From contig JASHSP010000062.1 in NCBI GenBank assembly GCA_030038655.1, positions 1 through 56,161 on the forward strand: a DNA stretch of 56,161 bases, written 5' to 3'. The position numbers and the translations under genes are program-made. Positions 19,466 through 28,388 of this stretch are shown here, one piece after another; within the stretch, counting starts at the first letter, position 1, and each line of letters begins with the position of its first letter. Origin of the DNA: Thermoplasmata archaeon. GTDB taxonomy: Archaea; Thermoplasmatota; Thermoplasmata; Lutacidiplasmatales; UBA184. The notes beneath the pieces were generated by a model. It did no database searches and was not told the origin of the DNA. It saw nothing but the letters and a program-made list of their open reading frames with translations.

Positions 19466-20491
19466 CTACACGGGATGGAGGCCCAGGAAACCGAGCCCCG
19501 CGGTCTCGGGGAACCCGGCCCGCACGTTCAGGCACTGGACCGCGTTGCCGGCCGCCCCCTTCCCCAGGTTGTCGATCGCCGCCAGCGCCACGATCCGTTC
19601 CGCGTGAGGGTCGACCGCGAACCCGAGGTCGCAGTAGTTCGTCCCCGCGAGGATCTTCGGCTCCGGTTCGCGGTGGATCCCGTCCGCCTCGTGGACCAAG
19701 CGGACGAACGGTTCGTTCCCGTACGCCGCGCGGTAGGTGCGCCAGAGTTCCTTCTCGTCGACCGGTCGGGCCGAGAACGCGTGGACGGTGGTGAGGACCC
19801 CCCGGACCGCCTCCACCGCGTGGCAGGAGAGGGCGACGTGCGTGCCGGTCTCCTGCTCGATCTCCGCGGTGTGCCGGTGCCCGGTGGGGGCGTAGGCGCG
19901 CATGACGCCCGAGCGCTCGGCGTGCGACCCGGCCCGGCCCGGGTCCTGCCCGCTCGCGGACGAGCCGCTCTTGGCGTCGACGACGACCCGCTTCGGATCG
20001 ATCGTCCCCGACTTCGCGAGCGGGTGGATCGCCAGGGTCGCTGCGGTCGCGATGCATCCGGGCACGGCGATGAGCCGGGCGGTGCGGATCTTCTCCCGGT
20101 GCAGCTCGGGGAGGCCGAGCACGCTCTCCGCCAGCAGCTCGGGGTTCGGATGGTCGAAGCGGTAGTACTCCCGGTAGAGCGCCGGGTCCTTGAGGCGATA
20201 GTCCGCGGACAGGTCGACCACGATCCCGCCCACCTCCAGCAGCCCGGGGACGAGGGGGAGGGAGCCCCCGTGGGGCGTCGCGAGCATCGTGGCGTCCGCC
20301 GGCCGGAGCGCCGACCGGGGCGAGAAGACGAGCGAGGTCGCCTTCCGGAGGTTCGGGTGGGCGCGCGACACCGGTTTCCCGGCCATCGCGTCCGACGTGG
20401 CCTGGGTCACCTCGACCTCGGGGTGGCCGAGAAGGATCCGGAGCAGCTCGCCGCCCGTGTACCCCGAGGCCCCGACCACGGCGACCTTCAT
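19466..20491 (-). CDS. lysY: [LysW]-glutamyl/aminoadipyl-phosphate reductase (ArgC/LysY)
   Basis: GASGYTGGE, DLSADYR, catalytic PGC, HRHTAE, IDNLGKGAAG. Confidence 0.93.
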   Translation of the reverse strand: MKVAVVGASGYTGGELLRILLGHPEVEVTQATSDAMAGKPVSRAHPNLRKATSLVFSPRSALRPADATMLATPHGGSLPLVPGLLEVGGIVVDLSADYRLKDPALYREYYRFDHPNPELLAESVLGLPELHREKIRTARLIAVPGCIATAATLAIHPLAKSGTIDPKRVVVDAKSGSSASGQDPGRAGSHAERSGVMRAYAPTGHRHTAEIEQETGTHVALSCHAVEAVRGVLTTVHAFSARPVDEKELWRTYRAAYGNEPFVRLVHEADGIHREPEPKILAGTNYCDLGFAVDPHAERIVALAAIDNLGKGAAGNAVQCLNVRAGFPETAGLGFLGLHPV

Positions 20492-21339
20492 CGTCGGCCG
20501 ACCCCGACGGCGTAGTCGACGATCCCGCCCGCGATGTCCACGCCGGTCGTGGCGGCGAGCACCTTGAACTCCGGCGTCGGGTTGACCTCGTGCACGAGCA
20601 ACCCCCGCTCGGACTCCATCAGGTCGACCGCCAGCGCCCCGCCGCCGACGGCGTCGGCCGCGCGGACGGAGAGCTCCGACAGCTCCGGCGTCAGCGGGGC
20701 GGTCTCCGCCGCGGCTCCCCGCGCGGCGTTCGTGCGCCAGTCCTCCGAACGCCGGTACATCGCGGCGATCGCCCGGTCGCCGATCACGAAGACCCGAAGG
20801 TCCCGCCCGGGTTTCTTCACGAACTCTTGGACGTAGAACACCGAGTGGATCGGCGCACCCAGGGCGCTCTTGTGCTCGATGACCTGGTCGGCCGACGGGC
20901 CGTCGTCGACCTTCGCCATGAGGCGGCCCCAGGAGCCGATCGCCGGCTTCAGCACGGCCGGGAACCCGATCCGGTCGATCGCCTTGCGCGCGGCCTCCGG
21001 CGAGAGCGCCACGATCGTGCGCGGGGTGGGAACGCCCCGCTCCGCGAGACGCAGCGAGGTCCGGATCTTGTCGCCGGCGAGGTCCACGACGTCGGGCGCG
21101 TTGACCGTCGGGACCCCGTAGTGGGCGAAGCAGCGGGTCGCGTAGACCGACCGAGTATGGCTCACCGAACGGTTGATCACGACGCCGGGAAGGTCCGCGG
21201 GCGGCTCCAGCCCGAACGTCACCTCGCCGTCGTCGTACCGCGCGGTCGGTATCCCCCGCGCCTCCGCCGCCGCGAGGAGCGCCTTCTCCTCGGGCCGGAC
21301 GATCGTGTAGAAGATCCCGAGGCGGAACCCCTCACTCAC
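20488..21339 (-). CDS. lysX: LysW ligase (RimK/LysX/ArgX ATP-grasp), probably glutamate--LysW ligase
   Basis: KPAIGSWGRL, YVQEFVKKPGRDLR, WRTNAARG, HEVN..EFK. Confidence 0.9.
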   Translation of the reverse strand: MSEGFRLGIFYTIVRPEEKALLAAAEARGIPTARYDDGEVTFGLEPPADLPGVVINRSVSHTRSVYATRCFAHYGVPTVNAPDVVDLAGDKIRTSLRLAERGVPTPRTIVALSPEAARKAIDRIGFPAVLKPAIGSWGRLMAKVDDGPSADQVIEHKSALGAPIHSVFYVQEFVKKPGRDLRVFVIGDRAIAAMYRRSEDWRTNAARGAAAETAPLTPELSELSVRAADAVGGGALAVDLMESERGLLVHEVNPTPEFKVLAATTGVDIAGGIVDYAVGVGRR

Positions 21340-21493
21340 CCCAATCCTCGGCTTCGCGCGGAGCGGGTTGGACCGAGAACGGCTCGGTCGCGGCGACCTC
21401 GAGCTCGGTCCCGCAGTCTCGGCACGGGAACACCTCGCCCAGGACCTTGTCGCTGTTCTCTACGCTGGCGGCGCACTCCGGACACTCCGTCAT
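21332..21493 (-). CDS. lysW: Amino-group carrier protein LysW (53 aa)
   Basis: CPEC...CRDC zinc ribbon and C-terminal EDWGE. Confidence 0.96.
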   Translation of the reverse strand: MTECPECAASVENSDKVLGEVFPCRDCGTELEVAATEPFSVQPAPREAEDWGE

Positions 21494-22932
21494 CTTCGTA
21501 CCTCGTTCACGAGCTCCTCGACGCGCTCGACGCTTCGGGCGAGGGAGGAGAGGGAATCGGCGCGTCGGTCGCACCGGGTGCGGGCGAGCGCCAGCTGCTG
21601 CGCGAATGCCTTCGAGGAGGGACCCCCGGGGGAGACGCGTCGCTCGACCGCGGCGGTCGGGTCGAGAATCGACGCGACCTCGGGCCCCGCCGCGGGGAGG
21701 GCTCCGCGCAGCGCCGTCGGGTCGAGGGTTCCCTGGGTCCGGCGGACGATCGGTCCGACCGTCTCGTGCGCCTCCCGGAACGGCACGCCGCGCCCGACCA
21801 GGTGCTCCACGAGGTCGGTCGCGAGCATCTCGGGGTCCTGGGCGGCCGTCCGCAGGCGTTCGCGGTCGAACTCCAGGGCGCCGACCAGCTCCGCGAGCGC
21901 CGCCACGACCTCCTTCGCGGTCGCGACCGCGTCGAAGAGGGGCGGCTTGTCCTCCTGGAGGTCCCGGTCGTAGGCGAGGGGCAGGCCCTTCAACGTCGTG
22001 AGGAGGGCGACCAGGTCGCCGACCGCCCGCCCGCTCTTCCCGCGGACCAGCTCGGCCACGTCGGGGTTGCGCTTCTGCGGCATCAGGCTGCTCCCGGAGC
22101 CGAGCGCGGGGGTCCGGCGCACGAACCCGAACTCCTTCGACGCGAACAGGACGATCTCCTCGCCGAGCCCGCTCGCGTGGACCAGGGTGAGGGCGACGTC
22201 GAACAGGAGCTCCGCCAGGGGGTCGCGGTCGCTTACCGCGTCCAGCGAGTTCTCGAACGCGCGGGAGAATCCGAGACGGGCCGCCACGTAGTGGGGGTCG
22301 ATCGGCAGCGTCGAGCCGGCGAGCGCCCCGGCACCGAGGGGCGAGACGCTCGACCGTTCGACGGTCGCCAGCAGCCGGTCGAGGTCGCGGTCAAACCGCC
22401 AGAAGTGGGCGAGCAGGTGGTGACCGACGGTCACGACCTGCGCGCGCTGAAGGTGCGTGTAGCCGGGCATCGGGGTCGCCGCTTCGGTGGCGGCCTTCTC
22501 GAGGAGCGCCCGTTCGAGCCGGACCAGGAGGCCGGCGACCTCCGCGATCGCCGCGCGCAGGTACAGTCGCTCGTCGAGCGCGACCTGATCGTTGCGACTC
22601 CGGGCCGTGTGCAGCTTGCCGCCGACCGGACCGACCATCTCGGTCAACCGGGACTCGACGTTCGTGTGCACGTCCTCGAGCTCCGACCGCCACGGGAACG
22701 AACCGGCGGCGATCTCCCGACCGATCGCGCGCAGACCGCCCACGAGGGTCGCGACCTCGGCGGCTGTGAGGATCCCCGTGCGGCCGAGCATCTCCGCGTG
22801 GGCGATGCTCCCGGCCAGGTCGTGCCGGGAGAGCGCCCGGTCGACCGGCAACGAGTTGAGGAACCCCGCCGCGGGCGTGCGAACGTACGACGGCGGGCTC
22901 GGCGCCTCGCCGACCGGGGTTTCGGTGGGCAT
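21490..22932 (-). CDS. argH: Argininosuccinate lyase
   Basis: EDVH, LHTARSRNDQ, MPGYTHLQRAQ, GSSLMPQKRNP, YDRDLQEDK. Confidence 0.95.
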   Translation of the reverse strand: MPTETPVGEAPSPPSYVRTPAAGFLNSLPVDRALSRHDLAGSIAHAEMLGRTGILTAAEVATLVGGLRAIGREIAAGSFPWRSELEDVHTNVESRLTEMVGPVGGKLHTARSRNDQVALDERLYLRAAIAEVAGLLVRLERALLEKAATEAATPMPGYTHLQRAQVVTVGHHLLAHFWRFDRDLDRLLATVERSSVSPLGAGALAGSTLPIDPHYVAARLGFSRAFENSLDAVSDRDPLAELLFDVALTLVHASGLGEEIVLFASKEFGFVRRTPALGSGSSLMPQKRNPDVAELVRGKSGRAVGDLVALLTTLKGLPLAYDRDLQEDKPPLFDAVATAKEVVAALAELVGALEFDRERLRTAAQDPEMLATDLVEHLVGRGVPFREAHETVGPIVRRTQGTLDPTALRGALPAAGPEVASILDPTAAVERRVSPGGPSSKAFAQQLALARTRCDRRADSLSSLARSVERVEELVNEVRR

Positions 22933-22938
22933 GGGGCG

Positions 22939-24177
22939 CTACGGGAGCGGCTCCCGCGCCCGGGCGGGCGTCGCCGGGGCCCGGGGCTCGAGCGAGGCCC
23001 ACGTCCTCACCGGCAGGCCCCAGACATAGATGAACCCCTCCGCCATCTCCTGGCGGAAGCGGTCGCCGGAGGAGTAGGTCGCCAGACCGGCGTCGTACAG
23101 CGAGTACGGGGAGCGGCGGCCCGCGACGCGGGCCGAGCCCTTGAACAGCTTCACGGTGACCTCGCCGGTGACGCGTTCCTGGCTCGAGCGGACGAATGCG
23201 TCCAGGGCGAGCCGGAGCGGCGCGAACCAGAGGCCGTCGTAGACCAGCTGACCGTACCGCAGTTCCACGGTCCGCTTGAAGTCGAGAAGGTCTCTCGGCA
23301 GGACCAGCGCCTCGAGGGCCTGGTGCGCGGACAATAGAACCGTGGCGGCCGGGCACTCGTAGACCTCCCGGGACTTGATCCCGACCACTCGGGACTCGAG
23401 GTGGTCGATCCGCCCGACGCCGTTCGCTCCGGCGACCTCGTTCAGCCGCGCGATCAGCTCGTGGAGCGGTCGCCGGTCGCCGCCGAGCGCCACCGGGCGC
23501 CCCTGGTCGAACTCGACCGTGACGTACGTCGGCGTCTCGGGCGCTTCGGCCGGCGAGCGGGTCCAGCCGTACACCTCTTCCGGGGGTTCCACCGAGGGGT
23601 CCTCGAGGATCCCGCACTCGGCCGAGCGGCCCCAGAGGTTCTCGTCCGTGCTGTAGGGGGAGGACTTGGTCGCGTCGACGGGGATGCCCCGCTCCCGCGC
23701 GTAGGCGATCTCGTCCTCGCGCGTCATCTTCCACTCGCGCGCCGGGGCCAGCACGCCCAGCTCGGGCGCGAGGCTGGCGGTCGCGAGGTCGAAACGGACC
23801 TGGTCGTTCCCCTTGCCGGTGCAACCGTGCGCGATGAACGAGGCCCCCTCGTGGCGCGCGACCGAGACCATGTGGCGGGCGATGAGCGGCCGGGCGAGCG
23901 CGGTGCTGAGCGGATAGGTCCCCTCGTAGAGGGCGTTCGCCTGAAGCGCGGGGAGGATGAACTCCTCGGCAAACTCGCGGCGGGCATCGGCGACGTAGGA
24001 GGCCGTGGCCCCGGACGCCTGGGCCTTCCGCCGGACGCGCTCGAGGTCGACGGGTTGGCCCACATCGACGGTGACCGAGACCACGTCGAGGCCCTTGGTC
24101 TCCCGCAACCACGGGATGGCGACTGAGGTGTCGAGCCCGCCGGAGTAGGCGAGCACAACCTTCGCGCGGGACGTCAA
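22939..24177 (-). CDS. argG: Argininosuccinate synthase
   Basis: LAYSGGLDTS, HGCTGKGNDQVRF, YSTDENLWG, GIKSRE; TTG start. Confidence 0.97.
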   Translation of the reverse strand: MTSRAKVVLAYSGGLDTSVAIPWLRETKGLDVVSVTVDVGQPVDLERVRRKAQASGATASYVADARREFAEEFILPALQANALYEGTYPLSTALARPLIARHMVSVARHEGASFIAHGCTGKGNDQVRFDLATASLAPELGVLAPAREWKMTREDEIAYARERGIPVDATKSSPYSTDENLWGRSAECGILEDPSVEPPEEVYGWTRSPAEAPETPTYVTVEFDQGRPVALGGDRRPLHELIARLNEVAGANGVGRIDHLESRVVGIKSREVYECPAATVLLSAHQALEALVLPRDLLDFKRTVELRYGQLVYDGLWFAPLRLALDAFVRSSQERVTGEVTVKLFKGSARVAGRRSPYSLYDAGLATYSSGDRFRQEMAEGFIYVWGLPVRTWASLEPRAPATPARAREPLP

Positions 24178-24241
24178 GTCAGCCTGTATCGCGGGCAGGG
24201 CCCAGCACCGATTTATAGGATGTGACCGTCAGGCGACAGAG

Positions 24242-24268
24242 TTGGGCATAGTTGTCCAATTATGAACA
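24242..24268. promoter_or_regulatory. Candidate operator between argG and the ACT regulator
   Basis: TTGGGCA-N4-TGTCCAA and overlapping TGTCCA-N4-TGAACA, each with one mismatch; TTTATA at 24212-24217. Confidence 0.45.
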
Positions 24269-24271
24269 CAG

Positions 24272-24922
24272 ATGCCGGATGCAACGCCGTCCATCGCTCG
24301 TCGGGTGCGGGAGTACCTCGACGGCCGCCCGGTTCTCGCCGACGCGATACGCGCCGGGGTCGCGAACCACTCGGCGGTGGCGCGCCGCGTCTCGGAGGAC
24401 CTGGGGGTCCGCCAGACCGAGGCCGTAATCGCCGCCTGCCGCCGGTATCCGCGCGGCCGGGGCCAGTCGTTCGGGGAGAGCGGGATACGTCGGGTGCTTC
24501 GGAAGAGCCGCATCGAGACCCGGACGAAGGTCGCGGCCATCACCGTGAGCCAAGGGGCCGACGTCCTCCAGCGGTTGGGGGACGTGGTCGAGGAGTTGCT
24601 GGACGAGAACCTTCTCTGTCGGGTGATCCAGGTCTCTCGGGGCACGGTGGTGCTCGTCGACGAGGACTCGATCCCCCGGGTCACGCGACGGCTTCGCGAG
24701 GGGCAACTTGTCGGGATCCGGAAGAACCTCATCGAAGTGGCGGTCACCGGCCCGGAGAGCATCGAAGAGACCCCCGGCCTGCTCCGGCTGCTCACCGGCG
24801 TGCTGTGGAGCCAGCAGATCAACATCGTGGAGGCGCTGAGCTGCTACACCGACACGATCTTCCTGCTCGACCGGGCGGACATGTCCGCCGCCACGACGGT
24901 TCTCTCGAAGGCCCTCTCGTAG
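24272..24922 (+). CDS. ACT-domain protein with N-terminal helical (HTH-like) domain, putative amino-acid-responsive regulator
   Basis: GVANHSAVARRV..AVIAACRR N-terminus; ETPG...INIVEALSCYTD ACT-type C-terminus; divergent from argG. Confidence 0.75.
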   Translation: MPDATPSIARRVREYLDGRPVLADAIRAGVANHSAVARRVSEDLGVRQTEAVIAACRRYPRGRGQSFGESGIRRVLRKSRIETRTKVAAITVSQGADVLQRLGDVVEELLDENLLCRVIQVSRGTVVLVDEDSIPRVTRRLREGQLVGIRKNLIEVAVTGPESIEETPGLLRLLTGVLWSQQINIVEALSCYTDTIFLLDRADMSAATTVLSKALS

Positions 24923-24957
24923 GGCCCTCGCCCGCCACCGACCGGGCGCCTCGACCC

Positions 24958-24994
24958 GTGTTACCTTTTGGAAAGACGACATAACGGCTTAATA
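24958..24994 (+). promoter_or_regulatory. Promoter of the NiCoT gene with a candidate NikR site
   Basis: GTTA-N18-TAAC (24960-24985) directly upstream of TTAATA (24989-24994), which is 22 nt before ATG 25016. Confidence 0.45.
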
Positions 24995-25015
24995 CCGGAG
25001 CCGATACGGTCCGCC

Positions 25016-26164
25016 ATGGAATCGCCCGGCGATCCCGCGGGGCGCACCCCTCCCGCCGAGAACCCGTGGGTGCTCGGCCCCCGGGAACGTCGCGGCGCCG
25101 CGTTGATCTACGTCGGGATCATTCTCGCGACCTCGCTCGGCTTGGCGCTGACGTTCGTGGTCGGACGGACCTACGGGATCTTCATCGGCCTCGGCATCCT
25201 TGCCTATACGCTGGGCCTGCGGCACGGCGTGGACGCCGACCACATCTGCGCGATCGACAACACGACCCGGAAGCTCCTGCAGCAGGGAAAGAAGCCGTAC
25301 ACCGTCGGGACGTGGTTCTCGCTCGGGCACTCCACGATCGTCATGGCCATGCTGGTCGGGCTCGTGGTGGCCGCGCGGTTCATCATCAGCTCGTACCCGA
25401 CGTTCGCCGCGGTCGGCGCGATCCTCGGGACCGCGATCTCGGGCGGATTTCTCTACATCATCGCGTTCATCAACCTCCTGATCTTCTGGGAGGTCTACCT
25501 GATCTTCCGGCAGCTGCGGGCGGGCACGCTCGACAACGCGCGACTCGAGGCCCAGCTCAACAGCCGCGGGTTCATGAACCGCTACTTCAACTGGCTCTTC
25601 AAGTTCGTGAACGAGCCGTGGCAGATCTACCCGGTCGGGGTGCTGTTCGGTCTCGGATTCGACACCGCCACGGAGGTCACCCTGATCGCCATCACCGTCA
25701 CGGTGGGGACGGCCGCCGCGGGCTTTCCCCTGTGGATGGTACTCGTCCTGCCGTTCATGTTCACGTGCGGCATGGTCCTCACGGACACGTCGGACGGCGT
25801 CAGCATGCGGTACGCGTACGGCTGGGCCTTTGCGAAGCCCATTCGCAAGGTCTACTACAACCTGACGATGACCGTGATCTCGGTCCTCGTCGCGTTCATC
25901 ATCGGCACGATCGAGGTGCTCGGGGTGCTCGCGGCGGAGTTCCACTACTCCGGAGGGCCGTACGGCTTCTGGAACACGATGAACTGGCTCAACAACGCCG
26001 CGGGTCCGTACGGCATCGACGTCTGGGGGTACGTGGGGATCGGCATCGTGCTTTTGTTCATCGGCTGCTGGCTGGTCGCGATGCTGATCTACCGCCTGAA
26101 GCACTACGAGGACATCGGTTTCGGGCCGGCCCCGCCCCCCGCCCGCGCCTCCGGGCCCGATTGA
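25016..26164 (+). CDS. HoxN/HupN/NixA (NiCoT) nickel/cobalt permease
   Basis: GLRHGVDADHI signature, FSLGHSTIV, LFGLGFDTATE. Confidence 0.95.
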   Translation: MESPGDPAGRTPPAENPWVLGPRERRGAALIYVGIILATSLGLALTFVVGRTYGIFIGLGILAYTLGLRHGVDADHICAIDNTTRKLLQQGKKPYTVGTWFSLGHSTIVMAMLVGLVVAARFIISSYPTFAAVGAILGTAISGGFLYIIAFINLLIFWEVYLIFRQLRAGTLDNARLEAQLNSRGFMNRYFNWLFKFVNEPWQIYPVGVLFGLGFDTATEVTLIAITVTVGTAAAGFPLWMVLVLPFMFTCGMVLTDTSDGVSMRYAYGWAFAKPIRKVYYNLTMTVISVLVAFIIGTIEVLGVLAAEFHYSGGPYGFWNTMNWLNNAAGPYGIDVWGYVGIGIVLLFIGCWLVAMLIYRLKHYEDIGFGPAPPPARASGPD

Positions 26165-26184
26165 ACGGCGGTCGGGTCGCGCCG

Positions 26185-26712
26185 ATGCCCGCGAAGGTGG
26201 TGCGCCTGGGAGTCTCGCTCGAGCCCGACCTTCTATCGCTCCTCGACCGCTGGGTCCGGGAACGCAACAGCCCGAGCCGTTCGGACGCGATCCGGGCGCT
26301 GATCCGCAAGGAGCTGTCGGACCGGACTCTCTCCGACCCCGGCGCCGACGCCCTCGGCGTGGTCGCGCTGCTGTACCGCCACGCCTCCCCGAACGTCCTT
26401 CAACGCCTGACCGCCGCCGAGCACCAGTGGGGCGAGCACGTTCGCTCGACCACCCACGTCCATCTCGAGGGGGACGCCTGCGCCCAAATCGTCACGCTGC
26501 TGGGGAAGCGGCGGGAGATCGACCGCGCGGCCGAGGACCTTCGGGGCGTGAAGGGCATCCTCGAAGGAGAGGCCCTCGTCATGACGCCCGCTGTCGCGGG
26601 GGGGCGCACGGGGCACCGACACCCTCACGACCACCCCGGCGTTCGGGAGGGCCCCCATGGTGAAGCGACGACCTCCCCCCGCCGCGGACGCGCTCGCGCG
26701 TCTCGCGCTTGA
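26185..26712 (+). CDS. nikR: Nickel-responsive regulator NikR with His-rich tail
   Basis: RHH domain (RLGVSL...SRSDAIRALIR), HVHLEGDAC nickel site, tail GHRHPHDH. Confidence 0.88.
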   Translation: MPAKVVRLGVSLEPDLLSLLDRWVRERNSPSRSDAIRALIRKELSDRTLSDPGADALGVVALLYRHASPNVLQRLTAAEHQWGEHVRSTTHVHLEGDACAQIVTLLGKRREIDRAAEDLRGVKGILEGEALVMTPAVAGGRTGHRHPHDHPGVREGPHGEATTSPRRGRARASRA

Positions 26713-27826
26713 TCGATTCCTCTCGGTCCGGTCCGGCGAGGCCGTCACCATCGAGGCCTGGACGCACGGGCTGCCGTGGGCGCTCCCGTTCGTCCTCGAG
26801 GCCCGCCGCATGGGGGCGGAGCCGACGCTCGTGCTCGAGGACGAGGAGACGTTCTTCCGCTCGCTGACCGGGAGGTCTCGGCGACCCCCCGTGCAGGCAC
26901 CGGTCGGCCCGGTGGTTTCCGCCGACGTCTACGTCTACTTCGGCGGTCCGGAGCAGTTCCCCCGCCTGTTCGGGCTCCCCGCCGGCGAGCTCGAGACCGT
27001 GCTCGCGCGGCACGGCCCGGCCTGGTGGGAGGCCGCGCGTCGGGCCGGGCTGCGCGCGGCCCGCATGGCGATCACGACGGCGACCGAGACCGCGGCGGAG
27101 CGCTACGGCGTCGACGTGGGAGCCTGGCGGCGCGAGATCCTGGCCGCCAGCCACGTGACTCCCGACCGGCTGCGGGCCCGGGGGAACCGGTGGGCACGTC
27201 GACTGTCCCGCGCCCGAACGTTCCGGATACGCCACCCGAACGGGACCGACCTCACCGTCGGGGTCCGGCCGCGCGGTATGATCCTGGAGGACGGCGCCGT
27301 CGACCGCGAGGATCGGCGCCGGGGACGGTTCTGGACCCAGATCCCGACCGGGTACCTGGCGATCCCGATCCGACCGGGGGAGGCCGACGGCGCCTGGGAG
27401 GCGAACCGACCGACCTACGATCGGCTCGCCGATCCGCCGGTGGCGCTCGGCGCCCGGCTGGAGTTCACCCGGGGCCGGCTGCGCCAGTTCGCGTTCGACC
27501 GGGGGGGTGAGCCGTTCGCCGCCGCGCGGGCCGCCGGCGGCCCGGGCAGCGACCGCGCGAGTGCGATCGTCGTGGGGCTCAATCCGGGGGTCGACCACGC
27601 CCCGGAACTCGCCGAGATCGCTCGGGGATCGATCAGCCTCCTCCTCGGGAACGACCGGGCCGTGGGGGGACGGAACCGGGCGCGGTTCGAGTTCCTTTCC
27701 ACGCTCGCGGGCGCCACGGTCGAGGTCGATGGGCTCCCCTGGCTGGTGGACGGCCGCGAGCGCCCCTCCCGACCGCCGTCGCGCGACGCGACGGATCCGC
27801 GCCGCCGCCGGCCGCCGTACCGCTAG
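26657..27826 (+). CDS. M29 aminopeptidase-fold protein, metal ligands apparently lost
   Basis: VRSGEAVTI, HPNGTDLTV, DGAVD, GLNP, LLGNDRAVGG; ligand positions substituted. Confidence 0.7.
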   Translation: MVKRRPPPAADALARLALDRFLSVRSGEAVTIEAWTHGLPWALPFVLEARRMGAEPTLVLEDEETFFRSLTGRSRRPPVQAPVGPVVSADVYVYFGGPEQFPRLFGLPAGELETVLARHGPAWWEAARRAGLRAARMAITTATETAAERYGVDVGAWRREILAASHVTPDRLRARGNRWARRLSRARTFRIRHPNGTDLTVGVRPRGMILEDGAVDREDRRRGRFWTQIPTGYLAIPIRPGEADGAWEANRPTYDRLADPPVALGARLEFTRGRLRQFAFDRGGEPFAAARAAGGPGSDRASAIVVGLNPGVDHAPELAEIARGSISLLLGNDRAVGGRNRARFEFLSTLAGATVEVDGLPWLVDGRERPSRPPSRDATDPRRRRPPYR

Positions 27827-27905
27827 GGAGCGGGTCGGCTCGTCCCCGAGGGGATGTTCGGCCCACCCCGAGAACCCATATGCCCCGCGGTCGCCTCCCC
27901 GCGGC

Positions 27906-28388
27906 GTGAGCTCCCGGGGCGTTGCCGAGTGGCTTTCCCTCGTCCACCAGGCCGTGTCCCTGGAGGTCGAGTTCGGCCGGCACGCCTTGGAGGCGCTCGT
28001 CGGGATCGCCGAGACCGTCGAAGAGTCGGTGTACGAACCCGGCTCCCTGGTCGGGACGGCGCGGGGGATCGAGTTCGCCCTGTCGAACCCGCCGCTACGG
28101 GCGGGCGCGTTCGCGGCGGTCCGACTCGAGGTCAACGGGGCCCGCGTGCCCGCCGCGGCGCTCGCTCTTCGACCGGGCGAGGGGTATCCCTGGACGCTCG
28201 CGGACGCGATCTCCTCCGGTGCGCCGTTCGAGTTCCATCCGGGGCGTCGCACCGAGGTCCGAGTCCAGCCGTTGCCCGTGTCGATCGAGGGCGCCGTCCG
28301 GGTCCGCCTCGAACTCGAGAGCGCGGCGATCCCGCCGCTCGTCTGGCTCGAGTTCCACGACGCGGTCCGGCAGGGACCCCCGGCATGA
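27906..28388 (+). CDS. Hypothetical beta-rich protein, coupled to the glycoside hydrolase gene
   Basis: Protein-like frame from GTG 27906 (VYEPGSL..GIEFALSN..VRLEVNG); stop overlaps the next ATG (ATGA). Confidence 0.65.
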   Translation: MSSRGVAEWLSLVHQAVSLEVEFGRHALEALVGIAETVEESVYEPGSLVGTARGIEFALSNPPLRAGAFAAVRLEVNGARVPAAALALRPGEGYPWTLADAISSGAPFEFHPGRRTEVRVQPLPVSIEGAVRVRLELESAAIPPLVWLEFHDAVRQGPPA

